A stretch of DNA of 63,401 nucleotides, counting the filler, from Parasitella parasitica NRRL 2501 (taxonomy: Eukaryota; Fungi; Mucoromycota), in NCBI GenBank assembly GCA_025201805.1. It is 8 parts of 7 records of this genome, joined end to end, with 100 filler letters (N's around TTAATTAATTAA, not from the genome) between each part and the next. Parts side by side here need not be neighbours in the genome. Positions count along the whole stretch, not along the records: positions 1 to 18,195 come from MU619292.1; 7 more parts are not named here. The stretch is one strand, 5' to 3'. Numbering within the stretch: position 1 is the stretch's first letter; every line of letters begins with the position of its first letter. Positions 1 to 11,837 of the stretch are shown piece after piece. Both the position numbers and the translations under genes were made by a program. The notes under the pieces are model-generated. The model was not told the origin of the DNA, made no database searches, and was given only the letters and a program-made list of their open reading frames with translations.

Positions 1-1570
1 ACCTGATTAATTCACAACCGTTTTATTTGAATAATTTCTCATTCTGATAAATCAAGCAAGAAGAGTTTTTCTTCGACTGATCTCCTTATCACATTCCCCT
101 AGCGACTTTTCTTATCTAATTTCCCACTTTCCCTATTAATAATATTCTCCTTGTCTAAAATTAAACCTAGCTGCATATCTTCTGTTATCTATCTGTTCCT
201 AATTATCTAATAAGGCCTGGGATCCCTGATAGTTTTCATCACCAATGCTACCATCACCCTTTTCTTGTGTATCTGAAAGAGGTTGGAAATTCTTCTATAC
301 TAATCTTTTCCAGTATTCATAATTCCTCTTTGGACTTCCAGCCTTCTTATTCTGTGTATATACGGTGTTTAACATTGTTGTGATTTTTCTGGACCCTTGG
401 TTTTTGCTTCTGTTTCTTGCAATACGCCTTTAAGCAAACTAGTACTTTTTAATAAAGAGATGTACAGCTCATCATAGTCTCAATTTTTCTGTTTGCAATG
501 TACAATGGAGCGTAGAAGACAGATTTGAAATTGCCGTTATGCGCGGAGAAGATTTGAATATAATTTGCTCAAAAATGTATGACTTTATGAAAATAAAATA
601 AGGCACAAAAATTAATGAATTTATTAATAACTTTTTATACTAGATTATTTCTATTGCAACACTATTTGTCCTCTGTTTAAACATTAAACATGGTATTACA
701 TATACCAGGTTAATTACATGTAATTGTACATCAATAGTTTATTCATTGTATACAAATTACCAATCTAATAATTGCATTATCCCATGCCTTTCTGGTATTT
801 ATATCTCAACTGTTACCCTTTTTTTGATCTTTCCTTCATTTTATTCTCACAAAGTATTCAAATACATAAACTTGAATTGCTTGCCATCTTCCCGCTTGTT
901 CATCAACCCCATAGCAAGGTGCGAGCGGTAATAGAATACTACTTTAACAACATATCATTATTAACTTCTTCGAAATACTCTAGATTACCAATCTAAACTT
1001 AGGGTATGGCTCTGTTGTGGGGAAGAAATATGTGGTATCATATATTCTGCTGTCTACTACTGTGTTGTTTTAATCATCTCCATGATGCATTTTTTCTTTT
1101 TTTCCACTCCTCACTGTGGGTTTCTTAATCCATAAGTGTTTATTGATTTCATTAGAAAAATCACTCTATTATATTTTTTTATTACTCTCAACTCCTCTGC
1201 CTACCAATTCGTACTTGCATCTCTCTTATTATGCTGCTCCTCTTTTGTACCTAATTAATCAATCATACCTCATTTGCCGATCTTGATTTCTGCTTCATTT
1301 TCTAATCTTTTTCTACCCTATTTTTTGCTTGCCTTCTTTATTGTTTTTGTCTTCCCCATTCTAATATTTTTTCTGTTCCCAGTTATTTTCAGGGTAGAGT
1401 AAACGGACACATGCCAACATTTTTGAATGAATTATTATTTATCCTCATAATTTAGCAAGTAAAAATGAGGTAACAAAGAAGATAATTAAACGTATTTACA
1501 GTTTCTAGATAATGGTATTGTAAAGCGGTGTAATGTAACATGTTTTTTTTTTTTTTCCAATTATGATGAT

Positions 1571-2094
1571 TTAAACAGCAAAAGATTCTCCACAACCGCA
1601 AGTACCTTTTGCATTAGGATTATTGAATACAAAATGCTCTGACAATTTGTCTTGAACAAAGTCCATTTCACTTCCTAACACTGTTATCAAAGCCTTTGAA
1701 TCCACCAAAACAGTTACGCCTAAAGACAAATTTTCGTTATTAAGTGCTTCCATTTTACTTTTCATTGCCTTTGATTACTAACCATCCTGGCTGACTATCT
1801 CATCGAATTTTCCTTTTGAATCTGTGAATTGCAAATCATATGAATTTCCAGAACAGCCCTTTTGTTTTACCCCAACTCGTAAGTACTGAGGTGTTGGTCC
1901 TTGAGTCAATGTCTTTAATCGGGAAACTGCCGCAGGCGTCTAAATAGCAGGGGTTAGAAATGGCCACCCATCAACAGGCATATCCTAGGTCTTACCAAAG
2001 TCAACGCTGCTTTTCTTAGTCGTAGACGGGAGCTGACATTACTGGGCTTTATAGAATTAGAAGCAGCTTGTTTAGCAACAGCACCAAATGGCAT
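1571..2094 (-). CDS. ISA1: Mitochondrial Fe-S cluster assembly protein (IscA/HesB family), 3 exons
   Basis: Spliced translation MPFGAVAKQ...RKAALTL / TPAAVSRLK...LRVGVKQKGCSGNSY...FDEIVSQD / GVTVLVDSKAL...GSEMDF...FVFNNPNAKGTCGCGESF carries the HesB GCSG and CGCGESF signatures, with GT-AG introns. Confidence 0.93.
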
Positions 2095-2554
2095 TTTAGA
2101 AGGTTGTAAAAGAAAAAGGAATAAAAGTGTGGGGTGAGTGTTCCAATTTTAAGAGGAAACCATGAGTCGCAGTCATGAACTGATAGGTAAGTGAAATGGT
2201 GGATACGGTGCTATATAATGTTGATTATACTTTTCAAAAGAGGTTATCCTGGTAAACACATCCTAAAGTAAGACTTTAAACAAGAGTTCTACTTTAATTT
2301 TCAAATATACCTAAAAGGCTGATTAGATTATTTGACAATTTAACATGATATGATTCTAATCAGTTGCAGCTAGTTCGTTCAGGCTTTCTCCCACAAGACC
2401 ACTCCGACAGAGAAAAAGAGGCACCAGGGTTACCAGGTTATGCCAATTACAATTTCAATATTCTTCTTCATTTTTATATGAGCTATTTGAAAAGGACAAA
2501 CAAAGTATATACTTTCAGACACTGTAAGTTAGTTGTATTAAAAGCAAAGAATAG

Positions 2555-3628
2555 GTGTGTTTGATGGACTGATGTGGTGCAGGAAAAATCATATATGCAA
2601 TCCGTCATTTTTCAAAATAATGTGGCCAAAAAGACGAGAGACCTTAAACCTACTACAAGGCTATACTAATAATAAATTTGGTCGGGATGGTTTAGTCAGG
2701 ATGATTCGTTTAATGACTATCTGACAACGCACCGTAATTTAATCTTCAAAGATGTTCATGTTTTTATTTATGTATTTGATGCTGTCAGTGTTGAACACGA
2801 CAAAAACATTCATTATTACCATTCATATTTGGAATCCGTATTAATTCATTCCTCCAGTGCCATTGTATTCTGCTTGATACAAAAGATGTATCTCATACAA
2901 GATGATAGACGTGGCAAGGCGAGTGGAAGATTCATGCATCGAATGGATAAGTAATGAAAGTTTCTAGACATTTGAAAAGTAAAAATTAGAACTGCAAGCA
3001 AGATCTGAGTCTATTCAACTACAAACATTTCAAACTTTAATATTATGGGACGAAACATAACAAGAGACTATCCTGATGTAAAGAAGTAGTCTTGTTTCTA
3101 GGCCTGGGCAAGGATTATCCATTGCTTAATACCCAACATTACCGAATTACAAGCAAGCTTGTAAACATTTCGCTCTATCTGTGGAGCAGATGAAGTTATA
3201 TTATTTGACAAGACTACATTTGTCATTGCAAACCGATTTACATTCGGATGATAACTGGACGCTGAATTAGTGAAAAGATCAGTTGTATCATGAAACAGTT
3301 CAATCTCTCTGGGAGGTTCGACAAAGACACAGCAAATTGCTATACAATATCCCTAATTAAACAATGCTAAATATAAAAGAGGGACATTCCAAACAAATGG
3401 AGATAAATGGGAGTAACTTTACGACATATTTCGATTCTCCAACGGAACACACATGTGCATTAATGTGCATTAATAATTATATCAGATACAGACATAAGTA
3501 AATTATTACGCATGTTGGCTCTCGCAGAATTGCTACTAACTACTTGTTTTGTTTTTAAAGCATCTGCAGCAAGAGCACATTTTGAAAAGTTGTATAATGC
3601 TAACATCAAGTTGATGGACATACCATAA
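2555..3628 (+). pseudogene. GTR1: Disrupted Rag GTPase (Gtr1/RagA) gene
   Basis: Recognisable RagA blocks: VCLMD*CGAGK, QSVIFQNNVAKKTR, QDDSFNDYLTTHRNLIFKDVHVFIYVFD...HYYHSYLE...VFCLIQKM, WDET*, AWARIIHCLIPN...L*TFRSICGADEVILFE, ARAHFEKL. In-frame stops at 2570, 3058 and 3162, a frameshift after GK, and no WDCGG segment found. Confidence 0.85.
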
Positions 3629-4039
3629 AGTTATCAGACTAACCATTCAATAAAAGCGACCATTGCTAAGGTTATACCGTATGACTAATTTTTCTTGGCC
3701 TTTCGCCTACTAGTATTGTTTTCATTGTCCTTTATTTTGAAGGAACCAATGAGGTATGTGGCTTAGTTCATTCAGACAAAAGTGAAAAGTCGATAAGAAA
3801 ACAAACAGCTTTAGACTTTTTTTATAAAGAAATATACTTTTACTAAATAGTTAACTTTGAAAAAAAATAATTTATAAGTGTATTTTTTACCTAAAAAGAT
3901 AAGTATTCAACAAGAAAATACACGTTTGGTGAGTTTGAGATCTTCTGGAACACCCAGCATGCAAAGTGCTGATATAAGGCTAGTGTAAGTTATTCATCGG
4001 TTATTTTTCACACTTTTCTTTTTTTTTTTCTGTTTATTA

Positions 4040-7000
4040 ATGAAAGAAATGATTTTTATTAGACCTTCCAAGACGATTTCCTTAGGTTTCGATAGTAATA
4101 ATCTAGACTATGATCTTCAACAAGAGCATGGTAAGGAAACAAAAGGGATTCTGAACAAGATGTAAAATTAACTGCGAAATTGAAGATACATCGAACATGG
4201 TCAATGGTCATGAAACTATAATCGAGGCGACTACAAATCTGAGCGAATTATCACTTTCTTCATCATTGCGTTCAACAAATTTTCAACAGCACATTGAGGA
4301 AGAACATTATGATTCGCTATTAAGCCAACAAGCATCAGACACGGAAGATGATGAAAACGAAGACGAACAGCATAAAACGAACGAGATTGTAGTAGAAGTT
4401 GTAGACGATGAGCCTCAACTTCCTTCAGCAACGGCTGATGCTATGGAGACTTACTGCAATATAAGTGAAAATATTTATTGCGGATCAGCCACTGGCAAAT
4501 CAATTGCTGAGGAAAGTATGCCCTGTGAATGCAAATACAGACCTGATATTGATAATCCAGATGCTGCGTGTGGTGATGACAACTATTGTATCAATAGAAT
4601 GATGTTTATGGAATGTATGGTGGACGATTGTCCCTGTGATAGATATTGCCGTAACAGGCGCTTCCAGTTGCGACAGTATGCACGCGTTGATGTCATCAGA
4701 ACGGATAAAAAAGGCTTTGGATTGAGAGCATTAACTGATTTACCAACGTAAAGGTATCAATACTGGCAGATTTGAAAAGTATAGTAACATGGTTCGATAG
4801 TAATGCATTTATCATGGAGTACATTGGTGAAGTTATTCCCAATCATGAATTTGTTAGAAGAACAAAAGAGTATGAAGCTGCTGGGCTGGAACATTACTAT
4901 TTCATGACATTAAAAACAGATGAAGTAAATTTAAATATGATCCATTTTGATTAATCTGCTAATAGGTTTCTTAGATCATTGATGCGACGAAGAAGGGCTG
5001 TCTGGCAAGATTTATCAACCATTCTTGTAATCCTAATAGTGTTACACAAAAATGGGTTGTTGGCAAGAATATGCGAATTGGTATCTTCACTCGTCGCCCA
5101 ATTAAAGCAGGTTCAGAATTAACATTTGACTATAAATTTGAACGTTATGGGTAAGCAAAACGACATAACGTTGAAACCTTGAGATGTTGACTCTCTATAA
5201 TATAGCGCCGTTGCTCAAAAATGCTACTGTGGCGAACCAATATGCAAAGGCTTCATTGGTGGAACATTGAAAAGCGATGCAACGAAAGCATCAGCTACAG
5301 CATCTACCGACCTTACCCTTGATCAAGACGATGAAGAAGAGGATGACGATGATGACGATGACGGTGATGGTGGAGAGGAAAATGAAGGCGAAAGAAAAGT
5401 TCAAAACCGAAAATCAATGGCAGAAGCTGTGACACTTACACAGAAGAAAATGCTACGAAAAATGAATCGTCGTAGAGCATCAGAACCATTACAAGATCCT
5501 TGTGAAGTACAATCGTTTGTGAAGCGTATGTTGGATTCGGTTGGAAAATCACACCTTGTCTTGAAACTACTCCTACGATTAAAACTTACTGAATCAGATA
5601 CTACTCAAGGGAAAGATGTCCTCAAGAAGTTTGTTCATCTGCATGGTCTGAAAATGCTCAAATTTTGGCTAGGCGAATGGAAAAACAACAATGAGATATT
5701 GATCAAAGTATTACAAGTGCTGTCAAAATTACCTTTGGCTAATAAGAATGGTCTTGAGGACTGCAAAATGTTTGATATCGTTGAAAAATTGACTCTACAC
5801 GAAGATGATGGAATCAAGAATTCAGCAACCCAATTATTGGCTGACTGGAGTCTTCTGAAAAGCGTTTACCGCATTCCTAAACGTATTGCAACAGAAGCAG
5901 TTTCTCGACATAAAGACCACGAAGACAACAAAGATGTTGACGATGGTCATTCACAGATGTGTGTTGATATACCTTCACCTCGTTATGAATCTAGCCGAGA
6001 ATTCTTTGATCCTGATGACGACTACTTTGAATACTTACCAATGAATGTGGACATTGCAGAAATTCAGTGGAAAATGGAATATCCACCGCAATCAGCTATC
6101 CCAACAGCACCTCGAGCCATGATTGATGCTTGTATAAAAAACGGCTTCTATGGCTACGGCGGCCGACCATCTCGTTCTTATTTTCACAATATCGACTCTT
6201 CAGCGTTAGAGCTCGATGAATTGTATAACCCTTATAAGCACAAGTATGATTCGCCATTCAATACTTCGCCTGCAGCTTCTGTAACTACATCTGTTTCACT
6301 CATACCAACAAAACCTGCTGGACAGACATCACCTAAATTACCGAATAACTGGAAATCTGCTTATGCAGAAGATGGCACTATTTATTATTATCATCGTATT
6401 ACAGGCAAGACACAGTGGCAACTCCCTGAAGAGCGAGTTAGTTCAATTGAGGGTGTAAATCAGTCAGACCTGGAAGATCTAGTTGAAAAAACAATACAAG
6501 AGACTGAAAACAAAAAGAAAAAGCGAAGTGCTAGTCCTATAGTATCTGTAACAACCCCTCGAGTTATGACTCCATCTACTAGCAGGAAAGGTTCTCCAGC
6601 AGTCGTAGGCTTAGATGAAACTGAGCTGAAAAAGCAAGTTGGAAAGATTGTGACAAAGTATTTGAGCTCAAAGCAAAAGAACCTTTGGAATGGTGATAAA
6701 CATCTGTTTAAGGAATTGGCAAGAAAGGTAAATGGGACTAATAGCTTGAAAGCACACTAATAACTTTTATTAATAGATTACGCATCATATCGTCGATAGA
6801 GAGGTTCAGTCAAACAGGAAAATAAATTCCATGAATAGTGGTGTGAAATCAAAAATTGAAAAGTTCATTGATTCACATGGAGCAGAACTTGCGTTGAAAG
6901 TGCAGCGAAAGAGGAAATTGGTTAAAGGAAAATCAACTGAAAGTCCGTCAAGTGTGATTTCAGAAAAAATGACACCTGTAGATATCGATATACCTAATTC

Positions 7001-7334
7001 TCCTGCATTGGAGCATGAATTGCCGCAAGATCCTCTCCCACCATCCGCCACTTCAGCTACCACCACAAAACCTGTTTCGCCCATCATAGATAATGTCGAG
7101 AAACCCAAGGATGATATTTATTACCGTCGCAATAGATCACCCTATCGCTATGAGTATGTTCGTCCAGGCTATTCTCGACCACCTTATTATAATAGCTATT
7201 ACCGCTACCCTCGCCCTCCATCACCTTATTATCGACATAATCGCTATAGAAGATCTCCTCCTTTTTATCGACAAAACTCATCGAGACGAGGTTCCTTATC
7301 AGATGACGAGATGGATAGAAGAAGATGGGACTAA
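4040..7334 (+). CDS. SET2: Histone H3K36 methyltransferase (AWS-SET-postSET, TFIIS-N-like, WW, SRI domains), ~6 exons
   Basis: AWS CECKY...[10 protein letters not shown]; [39 protein letters not shown]; post-[13 protein letters not shown]; [32 protein letters not shown]; SRI-like FKELARK. The start codon at 4040 is approximate. Confidence 0.93.
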
Positions 7335-7948
7335 AAAAAAAAAAAAAAGAAAAATTATTGTATATCATCACCTCACCCCATCTTATATTGTAAATACTTA
7401 AGAAGAAAGAAAAAAAGTATATCAGTTTCTTTAAATATTCTTTTTTCTAATAATATTCGTTCATTTTAGCAGTTTTTCTTTTTTCGGATTTTCTTTCATC
7501 TGCTGCAGTCTACATAAATAATGTACCGTACAGTGGATCACACAGATACAAAGTTGAAAATATAAAAGCTAGCTTATATAGCCAAGTGTGCATTACGTTC
7601 TATTTCGAGAAGGGAAGCTCAATCCTTTGTGATTCAGTTGTAGATATGAAATCAATTAGGAGAGGATATTTGTCTTGAAAAATCAGCATGTGTTACACTA
7701 CATTCAAAACTTTGATGGTGTTATCAATTTCAAAAAATAGTAATCTATCCAAGCAATTAAATGATTTCGTATATAAAATATATACACCCATGGCAAATCG
7801 AAGGGAATAAATTGTGGCCAAAATTGATGGAGTCTGCTCCTATGAGAAGCAGAGATCATTTAAATGAATGCATCTGATATAGTGTAACATCCAAATCTCA
7901 CACAAATTTTTTTTTTCTCTCTTGTTTTATTCTTTCACTAGATTTAAT

Positions 7949-8431
7949 ATGAAAGTATATTTTGCTTGGCTAATTTCTTTATTTCTTATGACTTCTGCTA
8001 GTGCTGTTGATAGGCCAACAGCTTCATTACCTGCTACTTCTGGTGGTATTATTTGCGCAATGTCATTATGCCCAACTGCGACATTGAGTAAAAGGGAAAT
8101 AACTTGCCCATTATACTGCAAGAACAATTGTCAAATTGTTGATGATCAATGCTGTCCTGGTGTTCAAAAGGCTGTTTGTAATACTTTTTCAAGCTCTATT
8201 ATTGAATCCTCCAAATTAGTTACATCTAGCTCTACTGCTGCTGCAACTAGTAGCAGTAATATGATTGCAACATCTTTGATAACTGAACCTTTAACGTCAT
8301 CAATGTCAACGCAGCCATCTCAATCTATTGCAAAAAATACTCCAAGTAGTGGTGAAACAACAGGAATTGTATGGATTTCCATCGTATCAACATCTGCTTT
8401 CACTGTTTTTATGATTGTTTGGGGCGGATAA
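7949..8431 (+). CDS. Small secreted Cys-rich, Ser/Thr-rich protein, probably GPI-anchored or membrane-tethered
   Basis: Signal-like MKVYFAWLISLFLMTSASA, an 8-Cys cluster including CC, an S/T-rich stalk and a hydrophobic C-terminal tail; single exon. Confidence 0.75.
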   Translation: MKVYFAWLISLFLMTSASAVDRPTASLPATSGGIICAMSLCPTATLSKREITCPLYCKNNCQIVDDQCCPGVQKAVCNTFSSSIIESSKLVTSSSTAAATSSSNMIATSLITEPLTSSMSTQPSQSIAKNTPSSGETTGIVWISIVSTSAFTVFMIVWGG

Positions 8432-8534
8432 TCAAAAAATTGCATTCATATACGTAGTGTATTGTAGTCTTGTTTAATTTTTTCGAATATAAAAAACTCT
8501 CCCTTTTCCCTCTTCTTTGTTATAAATTTATGAT

Positions 8535-11500
8535 ATGCTCAAGTACTATCTGCATGATGGCTTTGGGCAATCAAAATTTGCGATTTTTGCATGTCTTATT
8601 CTCTTATTTTTAAATCAATGTTATGCTATTTCTGAAAAGAGGCGTTCAGAGCTAAAGTACGTTTTCTTGAGGTTAAAGTATTCCTGTGCTATTTATTAAT
8701 CTTTGTTTATAGAGATTTAACAAAGGTAATATAGTGAAGCTTGTGTGCCTTTGCAAGATTATATTCAAGAATACTGTATAAACAGGAAATGTTTTATCAT
8801 GGCTGGGACAATTATCTGCAACATGCTTATCCAGAAGATGAGGTAAAAACCCCCCCCCCCCCAAAAAAACCAAATTTGTTTTCTAAAAAAAAAAAAAAAA
8901 AAAAAAAAACACAATAGTTGAATCCTTTCAAATGTACTGGCAGAGGCAGTGATAAATATGATCCGTATGTTCAAAATATTTCAAAGAAAGTGAATGTCAT
9001 TAAATCTATTTCCAGGAACAACATCAACATCAATGATGTTCTGGGAGATTATTCGTTAACACTTGTCGATACATTGGATACGCTGGCCGTAAATAGGACA
9101 ACAAATTATATTGCATGTATTTGATACTTAAGCGCATAAGCAGATTATAGGCACTCAAGAGCAGTTTGAAGAAGCTGTGTACCGAGTTATAAAAACAGTA
9201 TCTTTTAGTCAAGATAACAAAGTTCAAGTGTTTGAGTTGAACATCAGAGCTCTTGGTGGTTTAGTAAGTGGATAAATTATCAAAGTTGGATCATATTAAT
9301 GTTATATGCAGCTCTCTGCTCATTTGCTGGCTTCAGATCCACTCTTCAATCATACTATAAAAGGTTATAATAATGAATTGATGGAGATGGCAATAGATTT
9401 GGCTGACAGATTAATGCCTGCATTTCAAAATACAAAAACTGGCATCCCGTTTCCTCGCGTAAACTTGAAGAAAGGCGTACCGCCATCGGAAACCACAGAA
9501 ACATGCACTGCTGGAGCGGGTAGTCTCATTCTAGAATTCGGCGTTTTGAGTCGTCTTTCTGGCAATCCATCCTATGAACAAGCTGCAAAGAGAGCACTTG
9601 AATCTGTTTGGCACCGTCGATCCAACTTGAATTTGCTGGGAAATGTCATTGATATTCAAACAGGCCATTGGATACATACTGCTTCATCTACTGGCGCAGG
9701 GATTGATTCTGTGTTTGAGTACATGTTGAAAGCATACGTATTATTCGGAGAACAGGAGTACAAGGATATGTTTGATCAAGCGTACAAAGCTTTGTTACTG
9801 TATGTTCGTGATAGCTCTGGCTATTTGTATCGCAACGTACACATGAGTACAGGATCACTCATGAGTTATTGGATCGATAGTCTGAGCGCATTTTTTCCTG
9901 GTTTACAAGTATTACATGGCGATCTGGAAGCAGCAATCAAAAATCATCTTGTTTTCTACAACATTTGGCGTCGATATCATGCGTTACCAGAACGATATGA
10001 CTTTTACCAGAAAACTGCCGATCTTCCTTATTACCCTTTACGACCTGAATTTATTGAATCCACATATCATTTATACAGGGCTACCAAGGATCCATTTTAT
10101 TTACAAGTTGGTGAAATGGTGATAGAGGATCTCAATAATCGTACTCGAGTACCCTGTGGATTTGCTTCGATTGGAGACGTTCGATCAGGACAGCTGGAGG
10201 ATCGTATGGAAAGCTTTATGCTGAGCGAAACTTTAAAATATCTATATTTACTGTTTGATGCGGATAACTCAATCAACAAAATGGACAGCAATTATGTGTT
10301 TACGACAGAAGGTCACATCTTAGCTTTATCTAAAAACTATATACGCCAAAAATCAAAAATGTCAAATAACAATCAAGCTACAATTACTTTACAACAGTCT
10401 CCCGCTGGCACTTGTCAAAACTACAACCCTACTCAACGACGCTTTGCATCATTGCCCACTGAGTTGGAAATGACATCGATAGTGTATCAACCTCATATTG
10501 ATTTTGCAGCTTATATTGCAGGGTATATAGCCAACACTGTTCCACCTATTTCAAATCAAGGTCATTGTGAATCACCTAATGCTATCAAGTCTTACAGCTT
10601 ATCGTTTGGATTCACATCTCCATCAGCAAGTCTCTTCAAGCAGCAACATGCCAAGCACAACAACAACAACAATTTGATGGATTTTTTGGGAGGATACTTG
10701 GCCAAATCGTTATCCGGGTTTAAAATTGAATTGTCAGGCGATAGCAAGAATGAGTATCTTGTAAAAGGAGGTTAGTTGAATGAAGCATTATTTATTTTTT
10801 GATACCCTTTTACTTTTGTATATTATAAATCGCTTTTTATTTTATATTTTGTTTTATATTTTATTTTTTGCACGGATTCATTTCCATAGGGTCCCTTCAT
10901 TGCTATAGATCGGAAAAACTCATCTTTTGTTTACATATTCTCTTGTTTTATTCATTTTTTGGAATGTCTATATAAAAATATTGATGATAGTAAATCCACC
11001 AACTATCAGGTAAATTTTATTTACAGTGCAATAAATCTATTGTTCATAACGCATCGTATTATGTAGTATTTCCAAGAATCAGACATTAGCAATACCTTTA
11101 CATGCGATATTCGGTTATTTATCAAGTTCGAGTGATATAATACGTCTAGCAGTAAAACAATCAGGATTGAGTAAAGCAAGAGATTACTTGACATCAGATT
11201 TAGAAGTGAGCATCAAGTCGACTGGACAAGATCAATGCTTTGAATTTATTGGACTGAAGGCAGAGTTCGGTCCAGCTTATCCTGTCCAAATTAACATGGC
11301 CGAAGTTGAATTTATTGATGGTTTTGGGTGTGCCCCTATTCGATCTGGCAAAAACAAAGTTATGGTAATATCCAGAGGCCAATGTAGCTTTGAAGATAAA
11401 GCTTGGTATGCTCAGCATGCCGGTGCCCGTGCAGTTTTATTTTTGAATAATCAACAAGAAGAGAACTTGATTCGAATGGCGTCCTCTGGCTCAAAGAAAA

Positions 11501-11676
11501 TCCGTATACCGAGTGTCCTCTTGGATTATAACGACAGCTTAACATTTGTACGTACAAAGCACATTCAACAGCTTAGCATGCATCAATTACCATCTGTAGA
11601 TAACGACCCAAAAGCTAGTTTCATACTGTTCTTTCAAAAACGTCTGATTCGAAATTTAGATGTGATCAATGTTTAG
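8535..11676 (+). CDS. MNL1: ER degradation-enhancing alpha-1,2-mannosidase (GH47, EDEM3-like) with C-terminal PA domain, multi-exon
   Basis: GH47 motifs [77 protein letters not shown]; PA domain [21 protein letters not shown]; N-terminal signal/anchor. Confidence 0.9.
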
Positions 11677-11837
11677 ATTTTGCAAAGAAATAATAGTTGA
11701 TAATATGTCATATCTTTCAATGCTCAAAGTTGAGCTAGAAATAGAATTGCATGTGATTATTGTTACAGATAGCAATCATCACACCTTTTTTTCTTTGTTC
11801 CCCCCTTTTTTTTTTACTATTTTATTTCTCAAAGACA

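Noticed and set aside
1-1400. Strongly strand-skewed AT-rich sequence, possibly an ancient TE
   Set aside because: Stops occur in all frames and no motif could be recognised with confidence.
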